From Squalus acanthias (lineage: Eukaryota): 64,000 bases of DNA. The position numbers were made by a program, and so were the translations under genes. Where the stretch lies: contig CM059432.1 of assembly GCA_030390025.1 (NCBI GenBank), forward strand, positions 75,332,001 through 75,396,000. Reading direction: 5' to 3'. Shown in pieces: positions 62,387 through 64,000 of the stretch. Under the pieces are notes generated by a model, which saw only the letters and a list, made by a program, of their open reading frames with translations, had not been told where the DNA came from and ran no database searches. Positions within the stretch are counted from its first letter, which is position 1, and each line of letters starts with the position of its first letter.

Positions 62387-62760
62387 CAACAACAACTTGC
62401 ATTTATGCAGCGCCTTTAACGTAGCAAAACATCCCAAGGTTCTTCACAGGAGCGATTATCAAACAACATTTGACACCGAGCCACATAAGGAGATAGGACA
62501 GATGACCAAAAGCTTGTTCAAAGAGGCAGGTATTAAGGACCCTATTAAAGGAGGAGAGAGAGGTAGAGAGGTAGAGAGGTTTAGGGAGGGAATTCCAGAG
62601 TTCAGGGTCTAGATAGCTGAAGGCACACCGCCAAAGGTGGAGCAATTAAAATCGGGGACTGCAAGAGGCCGTAATTGGAGGAGTGCAGACATCTCAGGGT
62701 TGTCAGGCTGGAGGAGGTTACAGAGATAGGGATCGAGGCCATGGGGGGATTTGATTTGAT
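62387..62760 (-). mobile_element. L2 3' end
   Basis: Matches 41413-41760; (ACA)n tail. Confidence 0.8.
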
Positions 62761-62887
62761 GGAATTTGAACATTCCAGATACAAGCAAGTTATTCCTCTT
62801 CTAATTTGTTCTTGTTCTTGATTTAAAATGCATAGATTGTCGGGTAGAGTTTGTGATAGAATAGATTATCCATATATTCTGGACATG

Positions 62888-63014
62888 ATGTGGAGATGCC
62901 GGCGTTGGACTGGGGTGGACAAAAATGAGAAGTCGCACAACACCAGGTTATAGTCCAACAGATTTATTTAATTTTACAAGCTTTCGAAGCAGTTCGCTCC
63001 TTCGTCAGGTAAGT
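62888..63014 (-). mobile_element. Penelope-derived mini-element with hammerhead (62974-63012)
   Basis: Minus strand TTAC-CTGACGA-A-GGAGC(GAACT)GCTTC-GAAAGCTT-GTAA; homologous to 4838-4945. Confidence 0.82.
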
Positions 63015-64000
63015 TAGCAATGAGAGAATCTCCCAGAATTCACAATTTAAACCCAGATTATATTCTGGAAGGAGTGGATTGATGACCTTTTCTTGTTCTG
63101 TGATTTTTTATGTTCACATTTTCACTGTACCTGTTACCTAACTATTGACTTACAAGAATATTCTTCTCTGATAGGCTAAATGCTAATGATTTTGAAATAT
63201 CACAAGAGCAAATTTCTTATTATGAAGCAGAAGCATCACCCCTGAAATTCCTGGCGAGGCCTGGGGTTTAGGGAATGGAGTGACGGGGAAGAGTCGGATC
63301 TGGGGCAGAACAGAACTTCTATTTTCCCATATTTTGGGCAGGTGCCTGTATCATTTCCATTGCCTCTGGGGCTCCTGTTTCACTGGAAGGGAGGAATATT
63401 GCGGTGTCACTTTGATGTCGCATCAGCGGGTTCCCAAGGCTGGAGAACCATCTGGAAAAGATTTTTTTTGAAGTATTGGTATCCACTGATGGGAGACGGC
63501 CAAATATTCAATGGCATCTTACAGCTAATTTCTGTGCCTTGTAGACTCTCGTAGCTCATCCATCCAGTTTCTGGACACTTTAACAAGTGGTTTACCCTCC
63601 TTTATCACTGAGAAAAGCTGTTACTGCAGCAATTTTTTAAGATTCTAAAACTATTGTTTTAGATAATCCAATTGAATCCTGTTCAATCAATTGCAGTGAA
63701 TAACTGAGCTTTTAAATTTCAAACTCTCCTCTCCTCCGCCCCATTTACATCGCATTACAAAATGCTTGCCAAATTGTGGGTGGTTATACTATGGGCCTGC
63801 CCACAAAAGTACTGAAATTTGTGATGGGGCTGGAATGGAGCAGAACCCTGGCTGGTTCTGCCCAAAAATTCCTGTTCCCCTGCTATCAGTCCACCACCCT
63901 CCCCAACCCCAGGAATTTTGGGGCCATCATATTCTAAGGACATGTCAAATTGTGAAGCCTGCCTCTGTCACCAGAGATGACTGAGCATGAAGAGGCTTGG

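Overview
Eukaryotic, repeat-dense non-genic (intronic or intergenic) DNA, most likely from a cartilaginous fish (shark), judged from an HE1-like V-SINE, SacSINE1-like Deu-SINEs and abundant CR1/L2 LINEs. No host protein-coding gene could be supported. Three mobile systems dominate. (1) PIF/Harbinger DNA transposons: two decayed two-gene elements (HARBI1-type DDE transposase convergent with a 3-exon Myb/SANT-like gene), deletion derivatives, and many CpG-rich MITEs with ~12-bp TIRs and 3-bp TSDs, some nested four levels deep. (2) Penelope-like retroelements: a GIY-YIG 3' fragment with a 13-bp TSD, plus short non-coding derivatives carrying minimal hammerhead ribozymes with covarying stems, several inserted into CR1 3' ends with 12-13 bp TSDs. 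(3) LINEs and SINEs, including two long CR1 copies and a LINE whose 5' end is a tRNA-derived (Pol III box) SINE-like head. All family names come from motif recognition by eye, not from database searches.
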